In this document: in pieces, positions 29,774-38,165 of the stretch
Position numbering within the stretch: the stretch's first letter is position 1
Layout: each line of letters begins with the position of its first letter
Assembly (NCBI GenBank): GCA_003142235.1
Contig: PLOU01000156.1
Span: 1 to 59,606 of the forward strand
Direction of reading: 5' to 3'
From: Granulicella sp.
GTDB taxonomy: Bacteria; Acidobacteriota; Terriglobia; Terriglobales; Acidobacteriaceae
Length of the DNA: 59,606 nt
Program-made: the position numbers and the translations under genes
The notes under the pieces: generated by a model
The model's database searches: none
What the model was told of the DNA's origin: nothing
The model's input: only the letters and a program-made list of their open reading frames with translations

Positions 29774-31036
29774 ATGAATCTAACCCGTCGACGTTTTCTT
29801 GAGCTTGCGGGGGCTGCCGCCGCGGCTTCGCGCGCGGTGCGAGTGCTGGCGCAGCCGCCGAATCCGAGAGGCGGCGGGGGTGCAGCACCGGACAGCGGTC
29901 ATAGCGTCGCGCTTGCGCCGTGGAAGTCCGGCGTGAAGATCAGCCAGGTGTCGGATGTGGCGGGGCGGCATACGATTCATACCTACTTCAACGTCACCCC
30001 GGAGAGCCCGGACGGGAAGAGCGTGCTCTTTTATACCTCGACGGTGGCAGACGGGCAGACCGAAGGCACGCTGGTGGTGCGCGACCGGGCGACGGGAAAG
30101 GAGCGCACGCTGGTGACGGGGCTGGACTGCGAAGACGCGCACCGCGTCGCGTGCCAGCAGTGGATCTCCAAAGGGCGCCGCATCATCTTCCACGACCTGC
30201 GCGACGGTGAGGTGGTGGTGGTCACGGTGGATCCCGCGACGCTGGCGCAGCGGGTGCTGGCGAAGCACAGGATGGTGAGCTTCGGGCAGCAGGATTCGGA
30301 CCTGGTGCCAATTTACGGGGTGCACTTTCAGCCGGATCAGTATCGCGACGTGGAGCTGCTGAATGCCGCGACGGGCGAGATCAAGACGCTGGTGACGGCC
30401 GATGCGATCCGGGCGGCGTATCCGCAGCAGGTGGCAGCGCTGTATGGGCAGAAGCCCATCTCGACGCCGTTCGGGACGATTTCGCCGGACCTGAATCTGA
30501 TTTTCGTCAAGCTCTCCGCAACCGACGACGGCTATGTGCCGATGCCGTCCGGCCACCTGAAATGGCCGCATAGCTACCAGTCGGACCGCGAGGGACTGGT
30601 GGTGTTCGATATCCAGCACGCGAAGCTGCTCTACTTCCAGCATGACTGGGGCCACCCGGCGTGGTTCCCGGATTCGCGGCGGATTCTGAACTATCACAAC
30701 ACCGTGACGGACGCGTATACCGGCAAGACGGTTTCGATTCCCAATCTTCCGGAGTTTCACGGGCAGCACCTGACGCCCAGCCCCGACGGCAAGCTGTTTG
30801 TGACCGACACGCAGCTGGAGGCGTTCGGCGGCAAGCGGGGCGAATGGGGCGTTGCGGTGTGCGATGCGGCGGGGACGGACTGGACGTGGATTGCCAAGTT
30901 TCAAGGAGACGAGGGCGCGACGACTTGGCGAAAGAACCACCCACATCCTGCATTCAGCCCCGACGGGAAGCGGATCTATTACAACGTGAATTCGGGGCCA
31001 TGGACCACGCTGCACGTGGCGGAACGAGAAGCGTAG
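29774..31036 (+). CDS. Tat-exported beta-propeller protein, oligogalacturonate-lyase-like
   Basis: TRRRFL Tat signal; repeated SPDG motifs; HTYF near the N-terminus and HPHPAFSPDG near the C-terminus. Confidence 0.7.
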   Translation: MNLTRRRFLELAGAAAAASRAVRVLAQPPNPRGGGGAAPDSGHSVALAPWKSGVKISQVSDVAGRHTIHTYFNVTPESPDGKSVLFYTSTVADGQTEGTLVVRDRATGKERTLVTGLDCEDAHRVACQQWISKGRRIIFHDLRDGEVVVVTVDPATLAQRVLAKHRMVSFGQQDSDLVPIYGVHFQPDQYRDVELLNAATGEIKTLVTADAIRAAYPQQVAALYGQKPISTPFGTISPDLNLIFVKLSATDDGYVPMPSGHLKWPHSYQSDREGLVVFDIQHAKLLYFQHDWGHPAWFPDSRRILNYHNTVTDAYTGKTVSIPNLPEFHGQHLTPSPDGKLFVTDTQLEAFGGKRGEWGVAVCDAAGTDWTWIAKFQGDEGATTWRKNHPHPAFSPDGKRIYYNVNSGPWTTLHVAEREA

Positions 31037-31048
31037 GAGGAGCGTGCA

Positions 31049-31138
31049 TCAGATTCCGAGCTTCTTGAATAGATCGTCGGCATCATCGGCGCGATGAACT
31101 TCCTGGAACTGTCCTCTCTTAAGCACTGTCGCCTTCAT
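31049..31138 (-). CDS. 29-aa micro-ORF resembling the C-terminus of RelB/DinJ antitoxins (possible remnant)
   Basis: GGAGG RBS; translates as MKATVLKRGQFQEVHRADDADDLFKKLGI. Confidence 0.45.
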   Translation of the reverse strand: MKATVLKRGQFQEVHRADDADDLFKKLGI

Positions 31139-31210
31139 GAGCCGTCCTCCCGGACGTATCGGTATATCTTCCCGAATATATGGGTAAATTGATTCGATCT
31201 TAGCTAGCTC

Positions 31211-31295
31211 GTCATTCTGGCGCAGCCAGAATCTCCGTATTGCGTCGTTGTCTGTTCTCGCATGTCATTCCGCAGCGCAGCGAAGGAATCTGCTT
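31211..31295 (+). repeat. Two GTCAT-family REP-like palindromes
   Basis: gtcattctggcgcagccagaatctccgtatt and gtcattccgcagcgcagcgaaggaatctgctt. Confidence 0.8.
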
Positions 31296-31332
31296 CTTGT
31301 CCTCAGCGCCACGCCGTCTCTTTCCGCCCGCC

Positions 31333-31722
31333 CTAACCCTCCAACCGCCGAATCCTCCCATCCAGCCACGCCGCAGCGCCGATCGCAACCCAGTACGCCA
31401 CAATGTCCCGCACGGAGAAGAACCGTCCCAGCAGAATCATCCCCGGCAGCGTCAGCCGGAATGCGTCCATCCCCGGCGAGTGATACAGCTTGAAAAACTC
31501 AACCCCCGTAGCAATCGCCCCCGCGACCAACCCCACAACCGGCAGACGCCACTGCAACAGCGCAGTCGAGGCGATCCAGTAGATCATCACCGCCCACATC
31601 ATCGATCCGCCGTACTTCACCACCACCGCCGGCAGCCCAAGCGGAGCCATCCGCACCGCAAGCCCCGCCATCACCGTGATAAAGAACAGCACGAGCGAAC
31701 TCTTGAGCGTTCGTGGCTTCAT
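31333..31722 (-). CDS. DUF2809-like small membrane protein
   Basis: KYGGSMMWA, VEFFKLYH and LLGRFFS motifs; AGGAG RBS. Confidence 0.75.
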   Translation of the reverse strand: MKPRTLKSSLVLFFITVMAGLAVRMAPLGLPAVVVKYGGSMMWAVMIYWIASTALLQWRLPVVGLVAGAIATGVEFFKLYHSPGMDAFRLTLPGMILLGRFFSVRDIVAYWVAIGAAAWLDGRIRRLEG

Positions 31723-31852
31723 CGTCTCCTAAGACTACATCCGCCCTCCGCATCTGCCAGCAAATGAGCAGAACCCGCAACTGTATCACGTTCGCGGCCC
31801 ATTTCTTCGTGTTTTATTTGCCGCGAACCATGCGGAAGCCTAGAATGGAAGT

Positions 31853-33337
31853 GTGCCCCTGTTGCAGACCGACAAAACTCCCGTCCCAACGCCCGACCAC
31901 AAGCGCTATTTCATCGAGAAGCTTGGCCTCACCGAGCGGCTGATGGAGCGCTGTCTCGGCGAGGCGCTCTCGGCCGGCGGCGACTACGCCGATCTCTACT
32001 TCGAGTCGGTCACCTCCACCTCGCTCGGCATCGATGAGTCGCTGGTCAAGTCCGCCAGCCAGGGCATCAGCGTGGGTTGCGGCATTCGCGTCCTCTCCGG
32101 CGAGCGCACCGGCTACGCCTACACCGACGACCTCTCCTCCGCCCGCCTTCTGCGCGCCGCCCGCACCGCCGCCCTCATCGCCAGCGGCCCGGCCAAGCAG
32201 CCCATCGCTGGCTTCCGCCACACATCCGATAAGCCCACGCTCTATCCCATCACCGGGGCCACCGCCGACGCCGAAATCGCCACCAAATTGCTCCTCATCC
32301 AGCGCGCCGACCGCGCCGCCCGCGACTTCGATCCGCGCATCACCCAGGTCCGCGCCGGCTTCAATGACGAGCTGCGCCGCATCCTGGTTGCCGCCTCCGA
32401 CGGAACCTTCGCCTCCGACACACAGCCCCTCGCCCGCCTCAACATCTTCGTTATCGCCCACGACGCCACCGCCGACAACGGAGCCGGCAGCACCACGCGC
32501 GGCACATCCGGCGGCGGAGGCCGCGTGACACTCGATTACTTTGAAGGCGCCCACTCCCCCGAGCACTTCGCCCGCGAGGCCGCGCGCACCGCCATTCTAC
32601 AGCTCAACGCCATTGCCGCCCCCGCCGGAGAGATGCCCGTCGTCCTCGGTCCGGGATGGCCCGGCGTCCTGCTGCACGAGGCCGTCGGCCACGGCCTCGA
32701 AGCCGACTTCAACCGCAAGAAGACCTCCGCCTTCGCCGGACTGATCGGCCAAAAAGTGGCCAGCGAAAAAGTCACCGTCGTCGACAACGGACGGATGCCC
32801 AACCGCCGCGGCTCCATCAATGTGGACGACGAGGGCAATCCCACGCAGGAGACCGTCCTCATCGAGAACGGAATCCTCCGCGGCTATCTCTCCGACAAGC
32901 TCTCCAGCCGCCTGATGGGCGCGCCCAATACCGGCTCCGGCCGCCGCGAGAGCTACCACCACATCCCCATGCCGCGCATGACCAACACCTACATGCTCTC
33001 CGGCACGGACCAGCCCGAAGACATCATCAAATCCGTCCAGCGCGGCCTCTACGCCGTCAACTTCGGCGGCGGCCAGGTGGACATCACCAACGGCAAATTT
33101 GTCTTCTCCGCCTCCGAGGCCTACCTCATCGAGGATGGCCGCGTCACGCAGCCCGTCAAGGGCGCGACGCTGATCGGCAGCGGCCCCGAGGCCCTCAAAT
33201 TCGTCTCAATGGTGGGCAACGATCTCGCCCTCGACGAAGGCATCGGCACCTGCGGCAAGAACGGGCAGTCGGTCCCCGTCGGTGTCGGAATGCCAACCAC
33301 AAAGCTAGACCGCATGACGGTCGGCGGAACCGGGTAG
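31853..33337 (+). CDS. tldD: Metalloprotease TldD
   Basis: LLHEAVGHGLEADF, PMPRMTNTYM and CGKNGQSVPVGVG motifs; promoter TTGCCG-17-TAGAAT directly upstream. Confidence 0.95.
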   Translation: MPLLQTDKTPVPTPDHKRYFIEKLGLTERLMERCLGEALSAGGDYADLYFESVTSTSLGIDESLVKSASQGISVGCGIRVLSGERTGYAYTDDLSSARLLRAARTAALIASGPAKQPIAGFRHTSDKPTLYPITGATADAEIATKLLLIQRADRAARDFDPRITQVRAGFNDELRRILVAASDGTFASDTQPLARLNIFVIAHDATADNGAGSTTRGTSGGGGRVTLDYFEGAHSPEHFAREAARTAILQLNAIAAPAGEMPVVLGPGWPGVLLHEAVGHGLEADFNRKKTSAFAGLIGQKVASEKVTVVDNGRMPNRRGSINVDDEGNPTQETVLIENGILRGYLSDKLSSRLMGAPNTGSGRRESYHHIPMPRMTNTYMLSGTDQPEDIIKSVQRGLYAVNFGGGQVDITNGKFVFSASEAYLIEDGRVTQPVKGATLIGSGPEALKFVSMVGNDLALDEGIGTCGKNGQSVPVGVGMPTTKLDRMTVGGTG

Positions 33338-33445
33338 CACAGCATCTCTTCTCCCAGGAAGCGTTGCAACTGAACTGTCGCGCCGTCTGCAAGCATCGAC
33401 GGCAATTCGAAACGTACCAAGCAGCAGGAGAGGAGAAGTCGCTCA

Positions 33446-33754
33446 ATGGCAGTCGAACGGGAAAAGATGTACGAGTGCGAGGTTCGCCGTCGCCGTCTCA
33501 AGGCCGGCGGAGGATACGAGCCCTACTGGAAGGTCAAGAACGTCGCCGTCGCCCTGGTGGACGAAGACACCGACTTCCGCTGCAAGGACTGTTTCGGCGC
33601 GGTCAAGCTGCTCGGCCGCAACGGCAAAACCGGGGCCGTCGCCTACGTTGAGCACAAGCTCTCCGCCGACGCCGAGTTCTGTCCCAGCGGCCTGCTCTTC
33701 CAGCGCGCCACCGACGGCCGCGAGGCCAAGCCCTCCGCCAACCCCGTCGCATAG
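33446..33754 (+). CDS. Hypothetical zinc-ribbon-like protein, paralogue A (102 aa)
   Basis: CxxC-x20-H-x8-C; AGGAG RBS; ungapped paralogue follows downstream. Confidence 0.85.
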   Translation: MAVEREKMYECEVRRRRLKAGGGYEPYWKVKNVAVALVDEDTDFRCKDCFGAVKLLGRNGKTGAVAYVEHKLSADAEFCPSGLLFQRATDGREAKPSANPVA

Positions 33755-33772
33755 CCGCGCGCAACCAAGATC

Positions 33773-33876
33773 GTCATTCTGACCCTGAGTTTGCGAAGGG
33801 GAAGAATCCGCATTTGTCTTTGTCGTTGCTTGTTTTACGTCGTCATCCTGAACGGAGTGAAGGACCCCTGTATTTC
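33773..33876 (+). repeat. Two GTCAT-family REP-like palindromes
   Basis: gtcattctgaccctgagtttgcgaaggggaagaatcc and gtcatcctgaacggagtgaaggacccctgtatt. Confidence 0.8.
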
Positions 33877-33964
33877 GCTCTTGCTTTCTCCTCTGTTTCG
33901 AGAAAGCGGAGCAGACTCACACGCCCTCAACCCGATCCACAACCCATCACCCCAAAGGAGCAAT

Positions 33965-34273
33965 ATGGCCGCCGAATCAGAAAAAATCTACGAGTGCCAG
34001 GTCAAACGCCGCCGCCTCAAGACCGGTGGTGGCTACGAGCCCTTCTGGAAGCTCAAGTCCGTCGCCGAAGCCCTCTCCGACGACGACACCGAGTTCCGTT
34101 GCTCCGACTGCACCGGCGCGGTCAAGCTGCACCGCCATCACCTCCCCGACGCGCCCCCGCCGCACATCGCCCACAAGCTCAAGACCGACTCCGAGTACTG
34201 CCCCGCCGGCATCTTCTTCCGCAAGGCCACCGACGGCCGCCTGCCCCGCCTCTCCGAGCACCCCGTCCGCTAA
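33965..34273 (+). CDS. Hypothetical zinc-ribbon-like protein, paralogue B (102 aa)
   Basis: AAAGGAG RBS; 57/102 identical to paralogue A by hand count. Confidence 0.85.
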   Translation: MAAESEKIYECQVKRRRLKTGGGYEPFWKLKSVAEALSDDDTEFRCSDCTGAVKLHRHHLPDAPPPHIAHKLKTDSEYCPAGIFFRKATDGRLPRLSEHPVR

Positions 34274-34326
34274 CGGAACTCGATCTGCCGCAGCCAGGAA
34301 TTCCCCGGGAGTTATACGCTGTAAGA

Positions 34327-35742
34327 ATGCCGACCAAGACCGCCGCCGCCGCCGACCTCCAGCAGCTCGCCTCCGATGTCCTCGCCCGCGCACTCCGCGC
34401 CGGTGCCACCGACGCCGAGGCTGTCGTCTACGAGGGCGACGAGTTCTCCACTCTCGTCCGTCTCGGCCAGGTCGAGACGCTCAAGGAGTCCGGCTCCCGC
34501 GCCGTCGGCCTGCGCGTCTTCATTGCCTCCGGTAAAGCCCAGAGGACCGCCAGTACCTCCTCATCCGACTTCTCCCGCGAAAGCATCGACCGCCTGGTCG
34601 AAGGCGCAGTCACCCTCGCCCGCATCACCTCCGAAGATCCCTTCGCCGGCCTTCCCGAAGCCTCTGACTTCGGCCAGCACGATGCCGCGGCCCAACACCT
34701 CTACTTCGACGACGTCAACCAGCAGCCTCCCGCCGACCGCATCCGTATCGCCCGCGAGGTCGAGGCCGCCGCCATGGCCTTCGACACCCGCATCCAGAAC
34801 TCCGGCGGTGGCGACTTCGACACCGCCTCCTCACACAAGATCCTGATGAACTCCCGCGGCTTCACGGGCGAGTTCCGCCGCAGCTACTGCGGATTCTCCG
34901 CCCAGCCCATCGCCCACGACACCGACGGCAAGATGCAGCGCGACTACTGGTACTCGGCCGCCCGCTCCACCCGCCTGCTGGAAGACCCCGTCGCCATCGG
35001 CCAGGAGGCCGCCCGCCGCACCCTGCAACGCCTCGGCGCGCGCCAGGTCAGAACCCAGCAGGCCCCCGTCGTCTTCTCCCCGGAGATCGCCCGCTCCATC
35101 GTCGGCAATATCTTCGACGCCGCCAACGGCGACGCCATCTATCGCCACGCCAGCTTCTTCGCCGGAATGCTGGGCGAGCGCGTCGCCGGTGAGAACGTCA
35201 CCGTCATCGACGACGGCACGATGGTCTTCGACCATAAAGGCAATCTCAAGACCGGTGGCTTCGGCACCGCTCCCTTCGATGGCGAAGGCCTGCCCACCCG
35301 CCGCACCGTCCTCATCGAGCACGGCATCCTCCGCAGCTACGTAACAAATACATATACAGCCCGCAAGCTCGGCCTCGCCCGCTCCACCGGCAACGCCGCG
35401 CGCTCGCTGGCCGGAAACCCCGGCATCGGCGCGGGCAATTTTTTCCTCCAGCCCGGCACGCAGCCCCCCGAACAGATCATCGCCGATGTGAAGTCCGGCC
35501 TCTACGTCACCGAGACCATGGGCTTCGGCGTCAACCTCGTCACCGGAGACTACTCCCAGGGTGCCTCCGGAATGTGGATCGAGAACGGCGAGCTCGCATA
35601 CCCGGTCGAAGAGATCACCATCGCCGGCAACCTCAAGGACATGTACCGCAATATCTCCGCCATCGGCAACGACCTCGTCTTCCGCACCGCCTCCGCCGCC
35701 CCCACCCTCCGCATCGATGGCATGACCATCGCCGGCAGCTGA
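34327..35742 (+). CDS. pmbA: TldE/PmbA protein
   Basis: PFDGEG, GFGVNLVTGDYSQGASG and EITIAGNL motifs; no HExxH. Confidence 0.93.
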   Translation: MPTKTAAAADLQQLASDVLARALRAGATDAEAVVYEGDEFSTLVRLGQVETLKESGSRAVGLRVFIASGKAQRTASTSSSDFSRESIDRLVEGAVTLARITSEDPFAGLPEASDFGQHDAAAQHLYFDDVNQQPPADRIRIAREVEAAAMAFDTRIQNSGGGDFDTASSHKILMNSRGFTGEFRRSYCGFSAQPIAHDTDGKMQRDYWYSAARSTRLLEDPVAIGQEAARRTLQRLGARQVRTQQAPVVFSPEIARSIVGNIFDAANGDAIYRHASFFAGMLGERVAGENVTVIDDGTMVFDHKGNLKTGGFGTAPFDGEGLPTRRTVLIEHGILRSYVTNTYTARKLGLARSTGNAARSLAGNPGIGAGNFFLQPGTQPPEQIIADVKSGLYVTETMGFGVNLVTGDYSQGASGMWIENGELAYPVEEITIAGNLKDMYRNISAIGNDLVFRTASAAPTLRIDGMTIAGS

Positions 35743-35867
35743 CAAGCTCGGATGAATCATGACCAGGATGACCGGCAGTATTCGTTGAATCCTTGAAATT
35801 CCGTACCGACCAACGGAAGGGCCATGCGAAGCGACAAAAAGGCGTGCGAACGCCCTACAATCCTCCT

Positions 35868-37271
35868 GTGGCCGCGTCCTTCCACTTCGAGCGCTCCATC
35901 CCCTTCTCGCCCGAGAACTCCGCCGAAGCTCTACGCGCCATCCCCGCGCTCCCCGGAGTCTTCGCCCTGCACGGCCCGCGTGTCGAAGACGAGCCTTACC
36001 TCACCCGCGCAGCCGACCTCCGCCGCCGCATCACCCGCATCCTCGCGCCGCCCGACTCCCAAAGTAAGCGCCTCAACCTCCGCACTCGCGTCGCCCGCAT
36101 CGACTACACCATCACCGGCTCCGAGTTCGAGTCCACGCTCGCGCTCTACCACGCCTCCGCCGCCATCTTCGGCCTCGCCGAAGCCCGCCGCCGTCTGCGC
36201 CTGCACACTCCCTTCTTCCTTCGCTTCACCGCCGGGAACGCCTTCCCGCGCGTCTACTCCACCAACCGCCTCAGCCGCCGCGCCCTCGCCCACACCTACG
36301 GCCCGTTCCCTTCGCGCGCCGCCGCCGACCGCTACTGCGACGCGGTCCTCGACCTCTTCAAGCTCCGCCGCTGCACCGAGGACCTCGCGCCGTATCCCGA
36401 GCATCCCGGCTGTGTCTATCAGGAGATGAACAAGTGCCTCGCGCCCTGCAACCAGGCCTGCACGCCCGAGGGCGCAGCCGCGTACGCAGCCGAAGCCGTC
36501 GCCGTCGAGGCCTTCTTCTCGACCCACGGCGAATCCCTCCTCACCCAACTCACCGCCGACCGCGAGCAGGCCTCCGCAGACCTCGACTTCGAGCGCGCCG
36601 CCCAGCTTCACACCCAGTTTCTGCGCGTCAAATCCGCCGCCGCCCTAGCCGATCCGCTCGTCCAGCCCATCCCCAACCTCCGCGCCGTCATCATCCAGAA
36701 ATCCGCCCAACCCGCCTCGTTGTTGTCATCCCGCAGCGCACCATTGTTGTCATCCCGCACCCTGAGCGAACGCAGTGAGTCGAAGGGGAAGGGACCTGCT
36801 TCACCTGAACCCTGCACCGGACCCGAACCCGCAGCCTCCATCTTCCTCCTCGCATCCGGCTGCCTCGTCGGCCCGGAGCGTCTAGAACCCGCACCGGCGC
36901 TCACTCCCGCAACCGCGATTAATCCCGCAGACAGCCCCACGCCGAGTCCCGAAGACCGCGCCGCCGAACTCCTCGGCGATCTTGCAACCAGCGCCAGACC
37001 GCACCCCAAATCAGTCCCCGATCTCACCACCCTCTCCGACCACCTCTCCCTCCTTCGCCGCTGGTACTATCGCCCCGAGAAGCAGCGCGTCGGCGAAGTC
37101 TTCTTCCCAAAAGCTGAAGGCTCCTTCCGCCGCGAAGAAGCGGCCGATAAACCCTCCTGGCCCATTCGCCGCATCCTCAACGCCGCCACCCGCATCTCCC
37201 TCGGCGACCCAAAGCTCGCAGCCGAAGCCCTGCGCCAGCCGCCACAAACGCCAGTCGAACCAGTCCACTGA
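35868..37271 (+). CDS. Truncated UvrC/Cho-like protein (degenerate GIY-YIG, Cys cluster, UVR domain)
   Basis: PGVFAL...PYLTRAADLRRR, YGPF, LRRC...C...KCLAPC and LDFERAA; no RNase H-like or HhH half. Confidence 0.75.
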   Translation: MAASFHFERSIPFSPENSAEALRAIPALPGVFALHGPRVEDEPYLTRAADLRRRITRILAPPDSQSKRLNLRTRVARIDYTITGSEFESTLALYHASAAIFGLAEARRRLRLHTPFFLRFTAGNAFPRVYSTNRLSRRALAHTYGPFPSRAAADRYCDAVLDLFKLRRCTEDLAPYPEHPGCVYQEMNKCLAPCNQACTPEGAAAYAAEAVAVEAFFSTHGESLLTQLTADREQASADLDFERAAQLHTQFLRVKSAAALADPLVQPIPNLRAVIIQKSAQPASLLSSRSAPLLSSRTLSERSESKGKGPASPEPCTGPEPAASIFLLASGCLVGPERLEPAPALTPATAINPADSPTPSPEDRAAELLGDLATSARPHPKSVPDLTTLSDHLSLLRRWYYRPEKQRVGEVFFPKAEGSFRREEAADKPSWPIRRILNAATRISLGDPKLAAEALRQPPQTPVEPVH

Positions 37272-37334
37272 TACACTTCCCCCAGCGCACCTTTCACCTC
37301 GAACCTCGAACCTCGAACCTCGAACCTGGCCTTT

Positions 37335-38006
37335 ATGATCGAACTCGCATTCTCCATTCTCGCCTCCGACTTTGCCCACCTCGCCGATGAAGTAGCCGCA
37401 GCCCAGCGCGGCGGCGGCACCATCGTCCACATCGATGTCATGGACGGCCACTTCGTCCCCAACATCACCTTCGGCCCGCCCGTGGTCAAAGCGCTGCGAC
37501 CGATCACCAAACTCCCCCTCGACTGTCACCTCATGATCGAGAATCCCGACGCCTACATCCCCGCCTTCGCCCAGGCCGGCGCCAACATGATCTCCGTCCA
37601 GCAGGAGGCCTGCCGCAACCTGCATCGCACCCTCCAGCACATCACGGAGCACAAGGTCCTGCCCGGCGTCGTCATCAATCCCGCCACCCCCGTCGATACG
37701 CTGATCGAAGTCCTCCCCATGGTGAACTTCGTCCTGGTGATGAGCGTCAATCCCGGCTTCGGCGGACAGCAGTTCCTGCCCCTCGCCGTCGAGAAGATCG
37801 CCTATCTTGCGGCGCTGCGCAAAGAGATGGGCCTCAACTTCCGCATCGAGGTGGATGGCGGCGTCGCTCTCGACACCGTCGCCTCCGTGGTCCAGGCCGG
37901 AGCGGAACTGCTCGTCGCCGGCTCTGCTGTCTTCGAGAAAGGCCGCACCGAGCAGAACGCGGCCGAGCTGTTGCGTGTCGCCCGCGCCGCGGCCCTGGCG
38001 GGTTAG
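37335..38006 (+). CDS. rpe: Ribulose-phosphate 3-epimerase
   Basis: HIDVMDGHFVPNITFG, DCHLMI, MSVNPGFGGQ and VDGG motifs. Confidence 0.96.
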   Translation: MIELAFSILASDFAHLADEVAAAQRGGGTIVHIDVMDGHFVPNITFGPPVVKALRPITKLPLDCHLMIENPDAYIPAFAQAGANMISVQQEACRNLHRTLQHITEHKVLPGVVINPATPVDTLIEVLPMVNFVLVMSVNPGFGGQQFLPLAVEKIAYLAALRKEMGLNFRIEVDGGVALDTVASVVQAGAELLVAGSAVFEKGRTEQNAAELLRVARAAALAG

Positions 38007-38165
38007 CGCCGCAGCGCCGGCGGGTTAGTGCAGCGGATCCGTGAGCCTGGATAGCCTCCGCAGAGCCACGGCCAAGGCAAATCTGCTCTAGAATAGAATT
38101 CAGCCTGCACCCGCCGAGTGCGCGCCCGCGAGAACGCCCAGCCTGTGGCAGATGGAGTTCCAAGC

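Noticed and set aside
33791-34326. Long N-terminal extensions of ORFs 33791..34273 and 33814..35742
   Set aside because: They are translations of REP DNA or of the neighbouring gene in another frame; RBS, promoter and the paralogue alignment give starts at 33965 and 34327.
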